From NCBI GenBank assembly GCA_030264375.1, contig JASCQW010000137.1, positions 40,565,172-40,629,171 on the forward strand: a stretch of DNA of 64,000 nucleotides, given 5' to 3'. Positions 36,193 through 49,909 of this stretch are shown here, in pieces. Position numbers and translations under genes: made by a program. The notes under the pieces were generated by a model. The model made no database searches. It saw only the letters and a program-made list of their open reading frames with translations, and was not told the DNA's origin. How positions within the stretch are numbered: position 1 is the stretch's first letter; each line of letters opens with the position of its first letter. This DNA comes from Carcharhinus longimanus. Taxonomy: Eukaryota.

Positions 36193-39100
36193 CATGTCTA
36201 AAACTAGATGGAGAGTGGCAAGAGAGGCAAATCCATGGCTCACTGAACTGCAAAACCACAGTTCCGTTGATTGTATCATTAAGGAATGAAGTTAATCATT
36301 CCTGATTATCACTGAGCGAATTATGAGACCCAAAGCCAATTATTCTCGTTTAACGCTTATGTAATTAAAGTTAGTTTTTTAACCGCCAGTCTGGTCACAC
36401 ATAGGACTTGTACAGGGGAAAAAGGAAACAAAGGGATGATGATAACCTGAAGGTGTGTGGCATTGAGTGACTTGTACTGTGGTCTCTCCAGTTTCCTGCC
36501 TCTTCCCAGCATTACGTGAGAATATGCGAAATAAAATATTCTAGAAAATTTTTAAAAATGCAACCTTTCAAACAACAGCAGTAGGTGGTGCATGCAATAC
36601 CATAAAAGTCTAAGTCTGGAGCCCTGTATCCACCAATACAATCATAGATTGATGATGTTTTTCGGCAGTGCTTGACTGTGTAACTGCTCAGACCTGTTTT
36701 GCTTTACCAGGCACGGGGGTACCAGCACATGTTTACTGTCTTTGGTTTTACTGTCGTGTTTAGCCACTGGTAGGGTTGTTTTTTTTTTGCCCCCACCCCA
36801 CACCCCGCAAAGATCAAGTTGCAAGATCAGTTACAGAGCTCACAGAACAGTTTGGACTGCCGAACAGAGATAATTTGAGCAACTCCATCCAGTGTACGGG
36901 CTCGCATGCTTTGCGTTTTGACAAATGGGTCTGGCAACTTCAAAAAAAAGCCCAATTCAACGAATAAATTCTGCTTACGGCAGGTAGAAACATTTTAAAG
37001 AATGTGCAAAATATATCCTGTCTTTTACAATGTCTTACTACCTCCGTAAACATTTATTCATCTCAATTTTTAAAAAGTACAACGTGAATACATGGACTTT
37101 GCACCAAAATTCCAACCTTAGAAAGAAGAGTCTCGTAGAAGTGTGTGCGTCAGCCTGACTCTCTCGTTCATGCCCACCAGCTGCCAGTGATTGACTGGCA
37201 CTGAGGGAGAGTTGGCAGTTGACTTTCTACCCAGGCAGTTAGTTGTGGAATGTTTGTTGATGGGTGGGTGCGGGGTTTGGGTGGGGGGGTGGGGTGCANN
37301 NNNNNNNNTGCATTTGTCGATAACGGGAACAGAAGGGAAAGGATAAATAGCCTAAAACTGGCAGAAGAATGAGAATAATGTGCCTTGTTGTGCTTTCCAA
37401 GGATATCTGAGATCAAAGGTGATTAAAAATGAGTCTCATGCAGATACTGCCAGCAATCTGTGCAGGTTGGCTCCAGACTGATGTACCATGGAGCAAGAGC
37501 GAACAAAGTGCTGGACTAGGGAGCACAGTGTTGTCAAAATACTTCGGCTGAAGTCTTGCCGCTGTTTATGGCAGCAGGATCTTACAGTCCTACGGATGGC
37601 ACACTCCCGTCATGGGTTTCCTGGCAGCAAGGGTAGTTCAATGGGAAGTCCATTGACAGCTGCAAGACCATAATATTCCACCGCCAGTGAATGGTGTGCT
37701 ACCTCCCACCAGTGCAAAACACTCTGCAAAGTGGGAAGAAAATCCTGCTCTTTAGAACAACAGATGGATAAGAAGCTCCCAGCAATCTTCATCTCTTAAT
37801 TCCATGTACCTTTAGCATTCTCTTTTTCTGGGGAGTTTGAAAAGTAAAAATATGAGCTTAGTGAATATCACATGCAATAATACATTGGTGACTGATGAGA
37901 AATAAATCGCTCAGACTTGTTCCACATAACTGCCATTGTTGACTCATGTAGTCCTGGAAAGCTTCCCTTCTTGGAACTCAGTTGTGGCAGGGGACTCCCA
38001 GGTTGACTGTGGAGAGACTTTAGAGACTTTGAAGCATTGCTGAAGAGATCAAAATCAGTGCCGAGTAATAAGAGTCCTGGCTTGTGACTGAGCAAACGGA
38101 GAGGATTCATTCAAGAAGACATCAAACTCAACACGAGTCTTTGTGAGGAACGCACAAGGGTGAAGTCGAGGCATCAGAGAGATTGCACAAAGCTTCAAGT
38201 GCTCCATCTACCATCCCTTCAAGCAGCACCTGCCCCTCTGGACCATTGAGCTGAAATGCAAGCACATCATTGTCAATCCTGGAGACTGCCTGAGAAGAAG
38301 TCGGGAGTCCCTGTGCTTGACAGCTCCCTCAGCAGCGGGGTCAGATCAGAAACCAACTAAATGAAGGGCTGAATGGCCATCTTCTGGGCTGTAGCATTTT
38401 ATGATGGCCACTAACCTACAGACCTAGCCTCCAGCGTTCAATACAACAATGCCAGTGACAGCTCCCCAAACATTAGCTCAGTAGAACTGACTCTGGAGAA
38501 GAATGAAGAATTAGAACTTGATGATTGTCAAGGAGGAGGGAAGTGTAGAGAGAGAGGAGGCCACCGCTTCCTGTACAACTCTTGTGTACGTTCTGGTGTG
38601 CTGACCAGAGCAAAATAAACAGGAAACTTGACGTGTTATCTAATGTCACCAACTAAGGAGGCTAGCTTAGATTCAGAGAAAATTAAGCAGAATTGTAGTC
38701 TGCAAGGGGAAAGAATTCCAATGGATAGTTAGTCCTTGAAACAGTTGAACGAACAGTTGGTTCTGCAGATAACTAGTCAGGTCAGGGCCTGCAAATTTAG
38801 CAACATTTCAAAACAAGACTGCTTTGCAGCAGTGCCAATTTCGCAATTTAGACTCATTCTTGGGTACAGAAAGACAAAAGAAAAGACCTTAAGAAAGCAT
38901 CAAATCTCTAATCAGATTGCTTCTTGGGAACTGAGCAGTTGAAGCTCTCCCCAGATGTTTATCATTGGAACTGCAGTCATATTCTGTAACGTTTACTCAT
39001 GACTTCTGTTATTCCAGCCATCCACCGAGTTAAGAGAAATAACACCGTAAGATAGATTACATTTTTAGACAGGTTTCCGATGCAATTTATATCGGGAGAA

Positions 39101-40904
39101 AAAAATTGCTTTTGAACCGAACTTCTTTACGATTTCATGTCAAGTGAATAGAATGTGACAAATAGGACTGCACATTAACAGGCTATGTGATAATGCATAG
39201 AATCACCAAAGAAAATGAGAAAAGCTTTATTCCTTCAGCACACCATTGCCCAAGATTGATTCTGAAGGTTGTTTCTTTGAGTTGAATTCACCCATCTCCT
39301 CCCTCCACCCTCTTCTGTCTGGACTCTGTGTGGTTTCTGGTGCTGCTTGGCCACAAGGAGAAGTAGAGATCGGTATATTAGTCCCAGTTGTAAAAAAAAA
39401 TGAGTTGAAATGGACCGATGCTGATGGACAGTGCTAATTTACTGTTAAACCCGTGCCAAGTCTTTCCATTCCCATCTTTCAACTTGAGAGTGACTGGTAA
39501 ATGGTGTAACTCCACATCCAAGGGGATGAAAAAAAAACACAATGAAAATCTGATGGATAAGCTCAGGAAATGATAACCAGAGAAAAAAAATGTTTGTTTT
39601 AACGCTGTAGGCAAAGTTGCACTGCGTCGGGCAGGTGTCAAACTAGCTGTGAGTTCTCATTCCTTTTTGTACTGCTGTGCTAAGCTGAAAGCCCAGCAGT
39701 CACACACGAGCTGAGTTTTACTGCAGAGAAAATATAATGCTGTTAATTTAAGAGACTCGTTAAACAAAGTTAAAAATGAGAATAGTGGGTGTTTTTCGCT
39801 TCTCCTCGGCACGGTTTGAGATAGTTCTGTAAGGGAACATTAACTTACACGCTGAAGGTACTCAGAATGATAATTAAATTTAATCAGTGAGCCAATCAGT
39901 CAGAGGCTTGATGCTGTTTAGTTGTTTCGAATCTTCACGCACTTTATTCCTTTCAGGGGAAGGAGTCACAGGCAGATGATTAACCTTCTGAACCGCATCA
40001 CAAACACTGCTTCCCTGGCCAGCAAGTCATGGAGTGGGACCTCTCAGTTAAAGGCCAGGCCGTCCACACCGATTGACCCACAAGTCCCCCTGACTCTATG
40101 CCACTAAGTATTGATTTTAAAGAATAATAGATTCTCAGGTTAAAGCTCCAATACAGCTGGTGCATTTAGAGTAGGAGAAACCTTTCAGCCATAAAATGGA
40201 CGCATCATTTCCCAACCTCTGAGTGTGAGGTACTTCCCCAGTTTGCGTCAGCAGCATGGCCACCCATATATTGCTCCTCATTGATTTTAGGTGTACTTGG
40301 CAAATGCCTGGAGCCAATGTTGGGCCAATTACAATACTCAGAAGAAAAACACAGTTAATACTAGTCTGAACTGGTCTTGTATACTTTAAAATGGAACACC
40401 AGTCAAACAGGGAAATAAACATGTTTGTCCACAATGTTTCTTGCTTCTGATTATTGAAAGAATTAAGGATCTGTGCTTGATTCAGGACCCTTCTGTAAAA
40501 TCTGTGCAGAAACTAGATACTGTATAATGGGATTTTCCAGTTTTACAGCTATCCTTAAAGGAAGAACTGAATACTGTCAAAGAAATGGTCATAGAATTTT
40601 TTAGAAATGCACAGAGGGGCAGAAGTGACCCTTCTTATTCCACACAATTATGAGAGGCCATTGCCAATGCACAGTGGCCGCCCTCTTCCCGCACCTCCAT
40701 AGTTTCCTCTGTTCCTCCTCTAGAGGCTTACTTGAGGGCTGCTAATTTGAATTCTTATATCAGATAAATTGCCACTGGAGATGAGGTCTAATAGCTTAAC
40801 CTCTATTATGAAATAGAGGCCTGAAGTCAAATTCTACCCTACGAGTCACCACTTTGTGCAATGACACTTACAGAGTCTACTGGATTGTTATTATACAATG
40901 ATAC

Positions 40905-41235
40905 TTTGATTTGATTTATTACTATCACGTATCAGTATACAGTGAAAAGTTTTGTTTTTTAGGTGCTGTACAGACAAAGCATACCACTCATAGAGAAGGA
41001 AACGAGAGAGTGCAGAATCTAGTGCTACAGTCACAGCTAGGGTGTAGAGAAAGATCAGCATTTGTACGAGGTAGGTCCATTCAAAAGTCTGATGGCAGCA
41101 AGGAAGAAGGTGTTCTTGAGTCGGTTGGTATGTGACCTCAGACTTTTGTATCCTTTTCTTGATGGAAGAGAATGTCCGGGGTGCGTGGGTTCCTTAATTA
41201 TGCTGGCTGCTTTTCTGAGGCAGTGGGAAGCATAT
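40905..41235 (-). mobile_element. Rex/Babar LINE 3' end
   Basis: Same tail as the 12960-13138 and 23140 copies. Confidence 0.8.
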
Positions 41236-42455
41236 AGGGTCTCTGGGAGGCATTAATCCCTTAGCACTATAGAGAGGCACAGGGAACAAGTCTCTATCCC
41301 CACGACACTGCCTCCTCATTTCGGGATGGAGCACCAACAGATATAACTGGGTAAGTGCTGCAATAGATGCAGGTTTAGCGTTCGAATGGAAATCAGTGAG
41401 TCTCAGGTATTCCCAAGCCATTTGCTGAAATTTCCTCTGTGGCCAAAATGGGACAGAAGGTTGTCAGTGTGGTTTGTGTCTGGACCTTTTACAGACTGGG
41501 AAATCTGACTTGGTCACAGAAACAACCCAAAGATAGCTAGCTAATCGGTAGGTAAATAATGGATGGAGCTCTCTGGCCCCAGTGCGGTGGGATCAGGGAT
41601 AGGGAATTGTCGCGAGCCATTCGAAAGTCCATTGCCTTCGACGGGACCAGAATACCTCTCTGGCAGAAAATTCTGGCCATGTCTTCTCCCCTGTTCAAGT
41701 CTTGTTTCTCCCCAACACCTCCTTCAGTTGCCAACAGTAAACCGTGCCTTACCCAGCCTGTGGTACAGGTCTAAGGGCCCATACTGCTAGTCTGGAACAG
41801 TAATAGTCAAGCAACATAAGGACTTCACAACTGCAACATACTCAGATGTGCAACATCAATCTGCTAGCCAGCATAGGAGAGGGGAAAAATCAGCCCTACT
41901 TACTAAAGTACCAGGCTTTAAGCATTGGTGTATGCTGAGTTAGACCAGTTTTGCTGTAACAACAATTGGAGGTGCCACAAGGGTTTATTTATTGCTCATT
42001 GATATACCATGGTCCCTACCAGCAGGTGTGCGTGTGCAGCTATTGAAGGAGGATTATTTTAGATTTCAGCACAGAGCTCAGTCTAAGAGTAGATACCGGC
42101 CAACATTCAGTTCACAGGTTCACACAGACGTGGGCACAAGAAGGTTGATGACATTGAGGATTGATGCCCAGGTGCAAGCCACTTCCTTCAAGGTGCATTG
42201 AAGAAGAAATGAGCAATGGCTCGAATTCAGCAGTGACAACAGGCTTTACATCAGTTCCAGAATGCTGGAATTGGCTGAATGTTTGACCCTTGGTCCTTGG
42301 CGACTCTCACTCAGTTCAGCATTCCGAATGAGGCAGATGTCTGCAACTTATCCACCACTAGTGAGAGCCGAGTGAGTTGTTTGGACCAACTTGCTGGTAA
42401 AACTAGCCTTCTGGGAGCCGCTATTTGCAGTGCAGAGGGCCGATGTTTAAGGCAA

Positions 42456-43118
42456 AGGGTGGAATTTTGCACTGTTGTGCACAAAAGTGCTGGTTGAAGC
42501 GGGAAATCCGGCGTGCAGGTCTCCAGCTGCACAGCTGAGCTTTCTCTCCAGATTCACTCCGCACAGGAAATCTGGAGGAGCAGCTTTTGACCGTATGCTG
42601 ACTGGGCCGGGCCCGATAGAAACCGCAATGCCAGCTCCACGGAGATCAGGGCATCCTTTTTAAAGTGCTGCTACTGNNNNNNNNNNCCCACAAGCACTGG
42701 GGCAACCACCCCCACCCCCCCCCCCCCCCCCAAATAGAGCCCTTCAGAGGGTTTTCCCTCGAACTGCCTCCAGTACTCCCTGGGCATGTCCTCCACCTAC
42801 CCCCCCACCTCCACCGTACCCCTAATGACTGCTTCACATTTTACATAGACAATTGTAAACCTTGAAAATGTGGGGGGAATTCTCTATGTGGGGGGTGGCG
42901 GTGGGAGAGACATATGATGGAGAGACCCTTTAAGTGCATTTAAATTCAGTTCAATGCATTTAAATGAAGAGCGGGAACCTTGTTACATCACTGGCACGGG
43001 GCAGGGAAAATCAGAAAATGAGATCTCGCTGGCAAGAATCGCATTTTCAGAATATGGCGAGATCTGGTGCCCATGTTGCCTTCTGCGCTCATAGAAAAGG
43101 TGGGCACAAAAATTGCCT
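42456..43118. mobile_element. Non-autonomous DNA transposon (Harbinger-like)
   Basis: Imperfect inverted ends gggtggaattttgc / gcacaaaaattgcc; GC-rich interior similar to 52435-53200. Confidence 0.5.
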
Positions 43119-43435
43119 CCAAAATATTTTTAATCTCCCCATGATGTTATACACAGAGTGAAATTCAAGTCACTGCTTCTGAGGAACTGAGAGTTAGAAG
43201 ATAGTGGAATAAAACTGAACCATGACACCAAGTTTTGGGACTTAGTTTCAGTGCTTATTTTTATATTTACACATTATGTTTTTCGATGTCGAGGCCAATA
43301 ATGGCTTTGGTTTCTTGACAGTCATGTTAGGATTACACTCTTTTGCAGTCGCAATAGGGCATCTCCCACTGGAACCAGAATGCAATTACACCATCAAAAA
43401 TAAAAGTTGAAGTTTGAAGCAAGAAACTTTTAATT

Positions 43436-44440
43436 ACATAGAACACACAGCACTGGGAGAGGCCATTCAGCCCATCAAGTTTATTGCTCCACTTGTACCT
43501 CCTTCCATTCTTCCTCATCTAACCGTAACTGCTTCACCCGCTATTCCCTTCCACCTCATGTACTTGTCCAGCTTTTCCTTAAATGCATCTATACCATTTA
43601 CCTCAGCAATTTCTTACAGCTCTCTGGACAGAGAAATTGCTTCAAAATACTCAATTTGATTTCCCTGTGATATTTATATTGCTCATCCCCAGAAGTAGAA
43701 ACAATCTTTCTATATCCGATCTATCAAAACCTTTCAGAATTGTAATAGCCTGTATTAGGTCATTTGTCACCTTTCATTTTTCAAAGGGAAAAAGACCCAT
43801 CTCTTCAGAACCTGCACGGTGGCACAGTGGCTAGTGCGATTGCCTCGCAGCACCAGACACCCGGGTTCAATTCCAGACCCTAGTCACTGTCTGTGTGAAG
43901 TCTGCACGTTCTCTCCGTGTCTGCGTGGGTTTCCTCTGGATGCTCCAGTTTCCCACAGTGCAAAGATGTGTGGATTAGGGGCAAATAGATGGGATAGGGC
44001 CTGGGAAAGATGCTCTATTGGAGAGTTGGTACAGACTTGATGGGCCGAATGGGCTCCGTCTGCACTGTAGGGATTCTGTGATTCTTCCTGATAGGTATAA
44101 CCTTTCAATTCTTATCATTGTAAACCATTTTTTGTAACCTTATGAAGCACCTTTATATCCTTTTTTATAATCTGGTGACTAGGCTGTACACAATATGACA
44201 AATGTGGTCTAACCAAGGTTTCATTCAAGTTTAACCTGATTCCTCTGCTTTTCAATTCCCCCTTCCCTCTAAGTCAACTCCATTACTTATTTGCTTTTCT
44301 AATGATCTCATTGACCTCCATCGCAATGGCTAGTGATTTGTGTATTTGTGCTCCTGCACCCCTTTGCTCTTCTGACCTATTCAGATTCTTGCTTTCCAAG
44401 TTATCTGCGACCTTTATTTTTCTTGTCAGAATGTAATGGC
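43436..44440 (-). mobile_element. CR1 LINE relic interrupted by an HE1 SINE (+, 43814-44085)
   Basis: LINE tail catagaacacacagc; aaatgtggtctaaccaagg; SINE head gcacggtggcacagtggctag. Confidence 0.8.
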
Positions 44441-44514
44441 TCATGTCAAAACTCGTGACAGTCAGATGGCGAGGAATAAAACATGAGCGCCTAGCTTTTA
44501 CTTAGAGAGACGCA

Positions 44515-44686
44515 GGGCAGAATTCTCCAGCACCACCATCGGCCGTCACCGGGATCTTCCTGCCCTGCCGAAGTCGGTGGTGATTTACACTGTTCGCCCG
44601 AGCCACCGCTGGAGAACCTGTGGCAGGGGCCAACTTCGACGGAACTGGAAGATCCCACCAGCTGGAAGGGCTGGAGAATTCTGCCC
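44515..44686. mobile_element. MITE with perfect 17-bp TIRs
   Basis: gggcagaattctccagc / gctggagaattctgccc; relatives at about 7400, 11120, 29895, 30475, 37550, 41570, 48465, 54548 and 62830. Confidence 0.85.
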
Positions 44687-45094
44687 ACAAGCACGAGTGA
44701 GTCCCCAATTCATGCCCACCACTCGAATACAATTAACACCTAATTGTTGAAATTCATTTGCCAATCCTGAATGTTTATTGTTGTCTATTTCTAATTTGTT
44801 GCAGCCCTTCCTCTTGACTATTGATCCAAATTTCATAATCTCCACAAAATTGAAAATGAGGTTTTTCGTTCTAAATTTAAATACAAAGTGTAAGTAATGG
44901 TCGTTCCAATACTGGTTCTTGTGAGGCCTCACTTTCCACCTTCTACCACCCTCTATCATGACTACTCGATTATAACCTTTCTGTCATCCTGCTATTGGTC
45001 TCCTGACAATCACCTTATTCATTCACCTACGTGTGGTATCTTATCAAAGGCCTTTAAAAAGAACCCTTTCAGTTACTTAAAAAACCTTTTGTTG

Positions 45095-45368
45095 TAGTTT
45101 TATTGCATTTCAGCCCCATGCTCCTGATCCATGGGCACTCAGCATGGAGAGGGGCGGGAAAGGAGGAGGACCTCCTTGTGGACCTGCCTCTAGGACTGGC
45201 CAATCTTGCCATTAATGGAGAGTTGCCCGATCAGACTGTTTGCCCACTACCGTGGCCACACTCGTAGCCCGTATGCCCCTGGAGAGGGAGCATGAAGTGT
45301 CCGAGGGCGCCATCAAGACCTTCCGCTCTCAGAAGGACTGGGGTGCCTTATCAATGCTGTTAATCATG
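45095..45368 (+). mobile_element. Tx1/L1-type LINE 3' fragment
   Basis: Encodes LLIHGHSAWRGAGKEEDLLVDLPLGLANLAIN, typical of a Tx1 ORF2 C-terminus. Confidence 0.7.
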
Positions 45369-45376
45369 TTTTGAAA

Positions 45377-45672
45377 GTGGCACAGTGGTTAGCACTGCTC
45401 CTTCACAGCACCAGGGAGCCAAGTTCGATTCCTGCCTTGGGTCACTGTCTTTGTGGAGTTTGCACGTTCTCCCCATGTCTGCGTGGGTTTCCTGTGGCTG
45501 TTCCGGTTTCCTCCCACAGCCCAAACGTCGTGCAGATTAGGTGCGTTGGCCATGCTAAAATCTCACTTAGTGTACCCGAACAGGTGCCAGACTCTGGCGA
45601 CTAGGAGATTTTCACAGTAACTTCATTGCAGTGTTAATGTAAGCCTACTTGTGACACTAATAAATAAACTTT
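45377..45672 (+). mobile_element. HE1-like SINE with alternative tail, full length
   Basis: gtggcacagtggttagcactgct...gcctacttgtgacactaataaataaacttt. Confidence 0.93.
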
Positions 45673-46154
45673 AGAAACAAAACTTTCAAAGTTTCATTGG
45701 TAATTTACTTTTTTAAGGGGTTGTCCTTATTGCTTTATCCCTCAGTTTATTTCATTTAGTTTAATTGGTTAACTTAAAAGAGTTGAAAATCCTGAAATAT
45801 TGCATCTACCACCCGACCCTTGTTTACCCTCCCTGTTACCTCCTCAAAGAATTTGAGAGATTAAGATTTTTCCTTGTGAAATCTCTGTTGACTATTCATC
45901 ATTATTTTTTTTATTCCTTTATTCCAGTTCTTGCTCTCACTGCTTTACTCCAGTTCATGGCGTCACCTTGATTATTAGTTGTGTCGCATAGTGTGGAATT
46001 CCCTCATCCTGTCCACGGCAGGTTTGGTGGTGGGTGAGAGTGGAGAATTTAGTCGGAAACCCACTGGCATAAAATCAGATTTTCTTAATGGCAGGTCAGC
46101 TTTTCTGTTTCATTTGCACCTCATGAATGCTCATTAAAATAGCTGCCAACTGGG

Positions 46155-46337
46155 CATCCAAAGATGTGCAAGTTAGGTGCATTGACCATGCTAAATTGCC
46201 CCTTAGTGTTCCAAGATGCGTAGGTTAGAGGAATTTGCAGGGAAAAGTACAGGGATAGGACCTGAGTGGGATAGTTGTCAGTGCAGACTTGATGGGCTGA
46301 ATGGCCTCCTTTTGCACAGTAGGGTTCTATGATTCTA
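46155..46337 (+). mobile_element. HE1 SINE 3' half
   Basis: catgctaaattgccccttagtg...gtagggttctatgattctat. Confidence 0.87.
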
Positions 46338-47107
46338 TCAGGCATTCCAATCTTGCGTCACATCAGCATGTGGTTACATTGGTCAAAAGCTCGATTGCTA
46401 ACAAGTATTGTGTGGTCTTCAGTTTACAAGACATTTTTGAGGTGAGTGCACCAAAGCCTTTCTGCCATAGTACTGCACTGCTCCTGATGCACTGCTCACC
46501 ACTCTGCTGGGGCAGACCACATCCTGTTCTCCATCTCCATACCGAGCTAGTTTTCGAGGACAGCACCATGCTGCTGGATCGTACACATTCCTGTGTCACC
46601 GTCTCAGATCAGTGCTGCGCCTGGGGTTGGGGAGTGCAGGAGTCTCATTCACTCCCAGTCCACACACCAGTCTCTATCTGGGCAGCAAGATTCATGCAAC
46701 CACCGCAATAAAGATCCAAGGTTCAACCTGGGGTACAAGTTGAGGCCAGGCTGGGGAAAGGGTGTGGGTGAGGGATCTGATGAAGACAGAGGGGCACAAT
46801 TAGAAGGAGGTCTGAGCAGGAAGCAGTTGGGGGGACAAGCGACAGCTCACGACGGCAGGCAGAGGGGCAAGGGGGTGGATGAAAATGATGAACAATGGAA
46901 GGCAGAAGGATGACCAAGTGGAGGGAAGCTGGATCCTGACTAATCTGTCTGAAAAGTAGGCAAACCAGATGATCTAAGGGATAGCACGCGTACGACTAGA
47001 AGGGGATGCAGACGGCAGATTATGGGTAATACATTAGGGATGGTTTGCACAAATACTAGCAGGCCAAGGCTGCATTTTTAAAGTAGAAGGAGCTGAGAGA
47101 GGACCTA

Positions 47108-47245
47108 CCCTGGCAGAGCAGATGAGATCGTTCATCTTCTTTCTGCATTGGAAGGTACTCTGCAGGTAGTGGGCAGCCATTCTGACCTCCTGTACAATGG
47201 CTTCCCAGGCCAGAGAGGTGAGGTTGTTGTGTTTCTTGGTGCCAA
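47108..47245 (-). mobile_element. Harbinger Myb/SANT-like DNA-binding ORF fragment
   Basis: LAWEAIVQEVRMAAHYLQSTFQCRKKMNDLICSAR matches AWxxI..QCRKKxNDL, followed by a gtagg donor. Confidence 0.8.
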
Positions 47246-48184
47246 NNNNNNNNNNNNNNNNNNNNNNNNNNNNNNNNNNNNNNNNNNNNNNNNNNNNNNN
47301 NNNNNNNNNNNNNNNNNNNNNNNNNNNNNNNNNNNNNNNNNNNNNNNNNNNNNNNNNNNNNNNNNNNNNNNNNNNNNNNNNNNNNNNNNNNNNNNNNNNN
47401 NNNNNNNNNNNNNNNNNNNNNNNNNNNNNNNNNNNNNNNNNNNNNNNNNNNNNNNNNNNNNNNNNNNNNNNNNNNNNNNNNNNNNNNNNNNNNNNNNNNN
47501 NNNNNNNNNNNNNNNNNNNNNNNNNNNNNNNNNNNNNNNNNNNNNNNNNNNNNNNNNNNNNNNNNNNNNNNNNNNNNNNNNNNNNNNNNNNNNNNNNNNN
47601 NNNNNNNNNNNNNNNNNNNNNNNNNNNNNNNNNNNNNNNNNNNNNNNNNNNNNNNNNNNNNNNNNNNNNNNNNNNNNNNNNNNNNNNNNNNNNNNNNNNN
47701 NNNNNNNNNNNNNNNNNNNNNNNNNNNNNNNNNNNNNNNNNNNNNNNNNNNNNNNNNNNNNNNNNNNATAGGCAGTTCATGGAGTCATTCAGTGAGTATT
47801 TCTGATTTGATGCCAGCAGTGTCATTTTGGAGCTCAGCCGATACCTTTTTTTAACCCGTCATAGCTGTGCAAAAAACCCCTCACTAGTGCTATTTATAGG
47901 TTTCATCAACTGCTTACAGATTCGTTGCTGGATGATTTCTGACTGTTATTATGATGCTTTCCAGAGTTGTTTCAGGTCACAGAAGAGCTCACAGGATGTG
48001 GTGATGCAGATACTGAAGCACTTTTACTAACTTCAAGTTTTCTGCAAACCAGTTGCTCCCACACGTGCACTAGTAGTCATTCCCCCTGGAACACAGCATG
48101 ACCTGGAGAGGAAGCAGAGGCCACACAGAGCAAGATATGTTACTGGAAGAGGGAAGAATTGAAGAAGGGCTCTCAACAGTAGAA

Positions 48185-48390
48185 TTCACTGCCCCCCGAA
48201 TGTAGTTGAGGCCAGAATGTTGTCTGATTTCAAGAAATTAGATACAGCTCTTGGGGCTAAAGGGTTCAAGGGATATGGAATAAAGGGGGGAATCAGGGTA
48301 TTGAATTCAATGATCAGCCATGATCAAGTTGAATGGCGGAGCAGGTTTGAGGGGCCAATTGGCCTATTACGACTTCTAGTTACTATGTAA
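48185..48390 (+). mobile_element. CR1 LINE 3' end
   Basis: gatcagccatgatcaagttgaatggcggagcagg. Confidence 0.85.
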
Positions 48391-48769
48391 CAGGAGGACA
48401 TATCAAGAAAAGTGCTCAGGGAGCAATTGCCCTGCCGGAACCTCAGTGTGGAACAATAGCTGGAACTTTCTGGCCATTCATGCCGGTGGGATTTTCCAGT
48501 CCTGCTGATGGCGCAACTGTACCATGGGTTTCAGACATTCAGTTGCATTCAATGGGAAATGCCATTGACAATGGCAGGGCCATAAGATCCTGCCACCAAC
48601 CCTTGCAGTAAATGTGTTTCAATGTGTTTGACATCTGCTTTTCACAGAGTCTGTCCTCACTGAAATCTACCTGCAGCAGCACAACTCCAAACTTTTAAGT
48701 ATACATGAGCTGCACTGCCTGTGGCTGTGAAGGTGATCCCCTGCTAAACTGGTAAATCTAGTACCTCTA

Positions 48770-49012
48770 CTCAAGAAAGGAGGGAAGAGAGAAAACAGGG
48801 AACAACAGACCAGTTAATCTGACATCAGTCAACAGAAAAATGTTGTTCTGAAGGATATTCGAGAAAATGATGGTATTATCAGACAAAATCAACATGGTTT
48901 TACAAATGGAACATCATGTTTGATGAATTTATTAGTCTTTTTTGAGAATGTAACCTGTAAGGTAGATAGAGGGAATCCAGTTTCCAAAACATTGACTCAG
49001 ATGCCACAAAAA
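48770..49012 (+). mobile_element. CR1 RT fragment
   Basis: Encodes KGGKREKTGNNRPVNLTS and QNQHGFTNGTSCLMNLLVFFENVT. Confidence 0.87.
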
Positions 49013-49909
49013 AGGACTCTTATATTTTGTACAACAGCCCTTCCTTCTGCAAAGAGAGTATAAGGGAGTGTTTCCCTGAACTGCATCTCACATTCCTCAT
49101 GCCCATTTTTGGGGGGTATCCATATTGGGTTGCAAGGGCTTGCCCCCCCATTTCTGCCAATCCTCTGGGGTCACTCCTTAGTGCCACCAAAGTGCAAGAG
49201 CACTCCCCAACTGCCCTGAACCCTGATTTGCTTCCTCCCACACTATTGAATACCAGATAGCTGTGCCCACTTGGGTGAACCATGCATTGCTGTGTACTCT
49301 TAAGCTTTGCAAGTGACTCGTCATGAACGTCAGAAACCTGTAGCCGGATGAGGGAATATTTAAAAAGCAAAGGCCACTTATTCACGGAATAATGGACAAA
49401 GTTGTGAAATTCCATTCCCTAGCACCAATTACAATTTCAGAATACCATTTAATAAGAATGGAATGTGACTTATTAGGCTCTGTATGTCAGTGGCATGAAG
49501 TTAGCTGCTGCAGGGCATACCCAGAACTCTGACTCACTATGAGGAACACCACAGGAGACTTGGTAATACATCTGTTTACGGGATCTTTCCTAAGAATTCA
49601 TTTGTGGGCTATTTCAAGATTTCAGTGGAAAATAAATCAGTGTATTTATTTTTGTTTGGGTTGTCAGGAGAATCTGCAGAGTTAAACCTCTGGACTTGCA
49701 GCAAACTGTTACATGCAGTCATTTGGTGACATGATCTATTTCAGTAACAGCGGATATTTGGAAGTGCAGGAGATTGTAACTGAGAACAGGGAACTTGCAT
49801 TCCAATTTTTCAGTCGAGTTAGTCTCCTCAGCTCCCCTCACGTTTTTACTTGTCTTGAGCTTGTTTTAATAATGCAGCAAAATAAGTAACACTCCAGATG
49901 TCCCTGAGC

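Noticed and set aside
47034-47825. Long ORFs spanning N runs (also 6637, 17617, 52614)
   Set aside because: Length is an artefact of assembly gaps.
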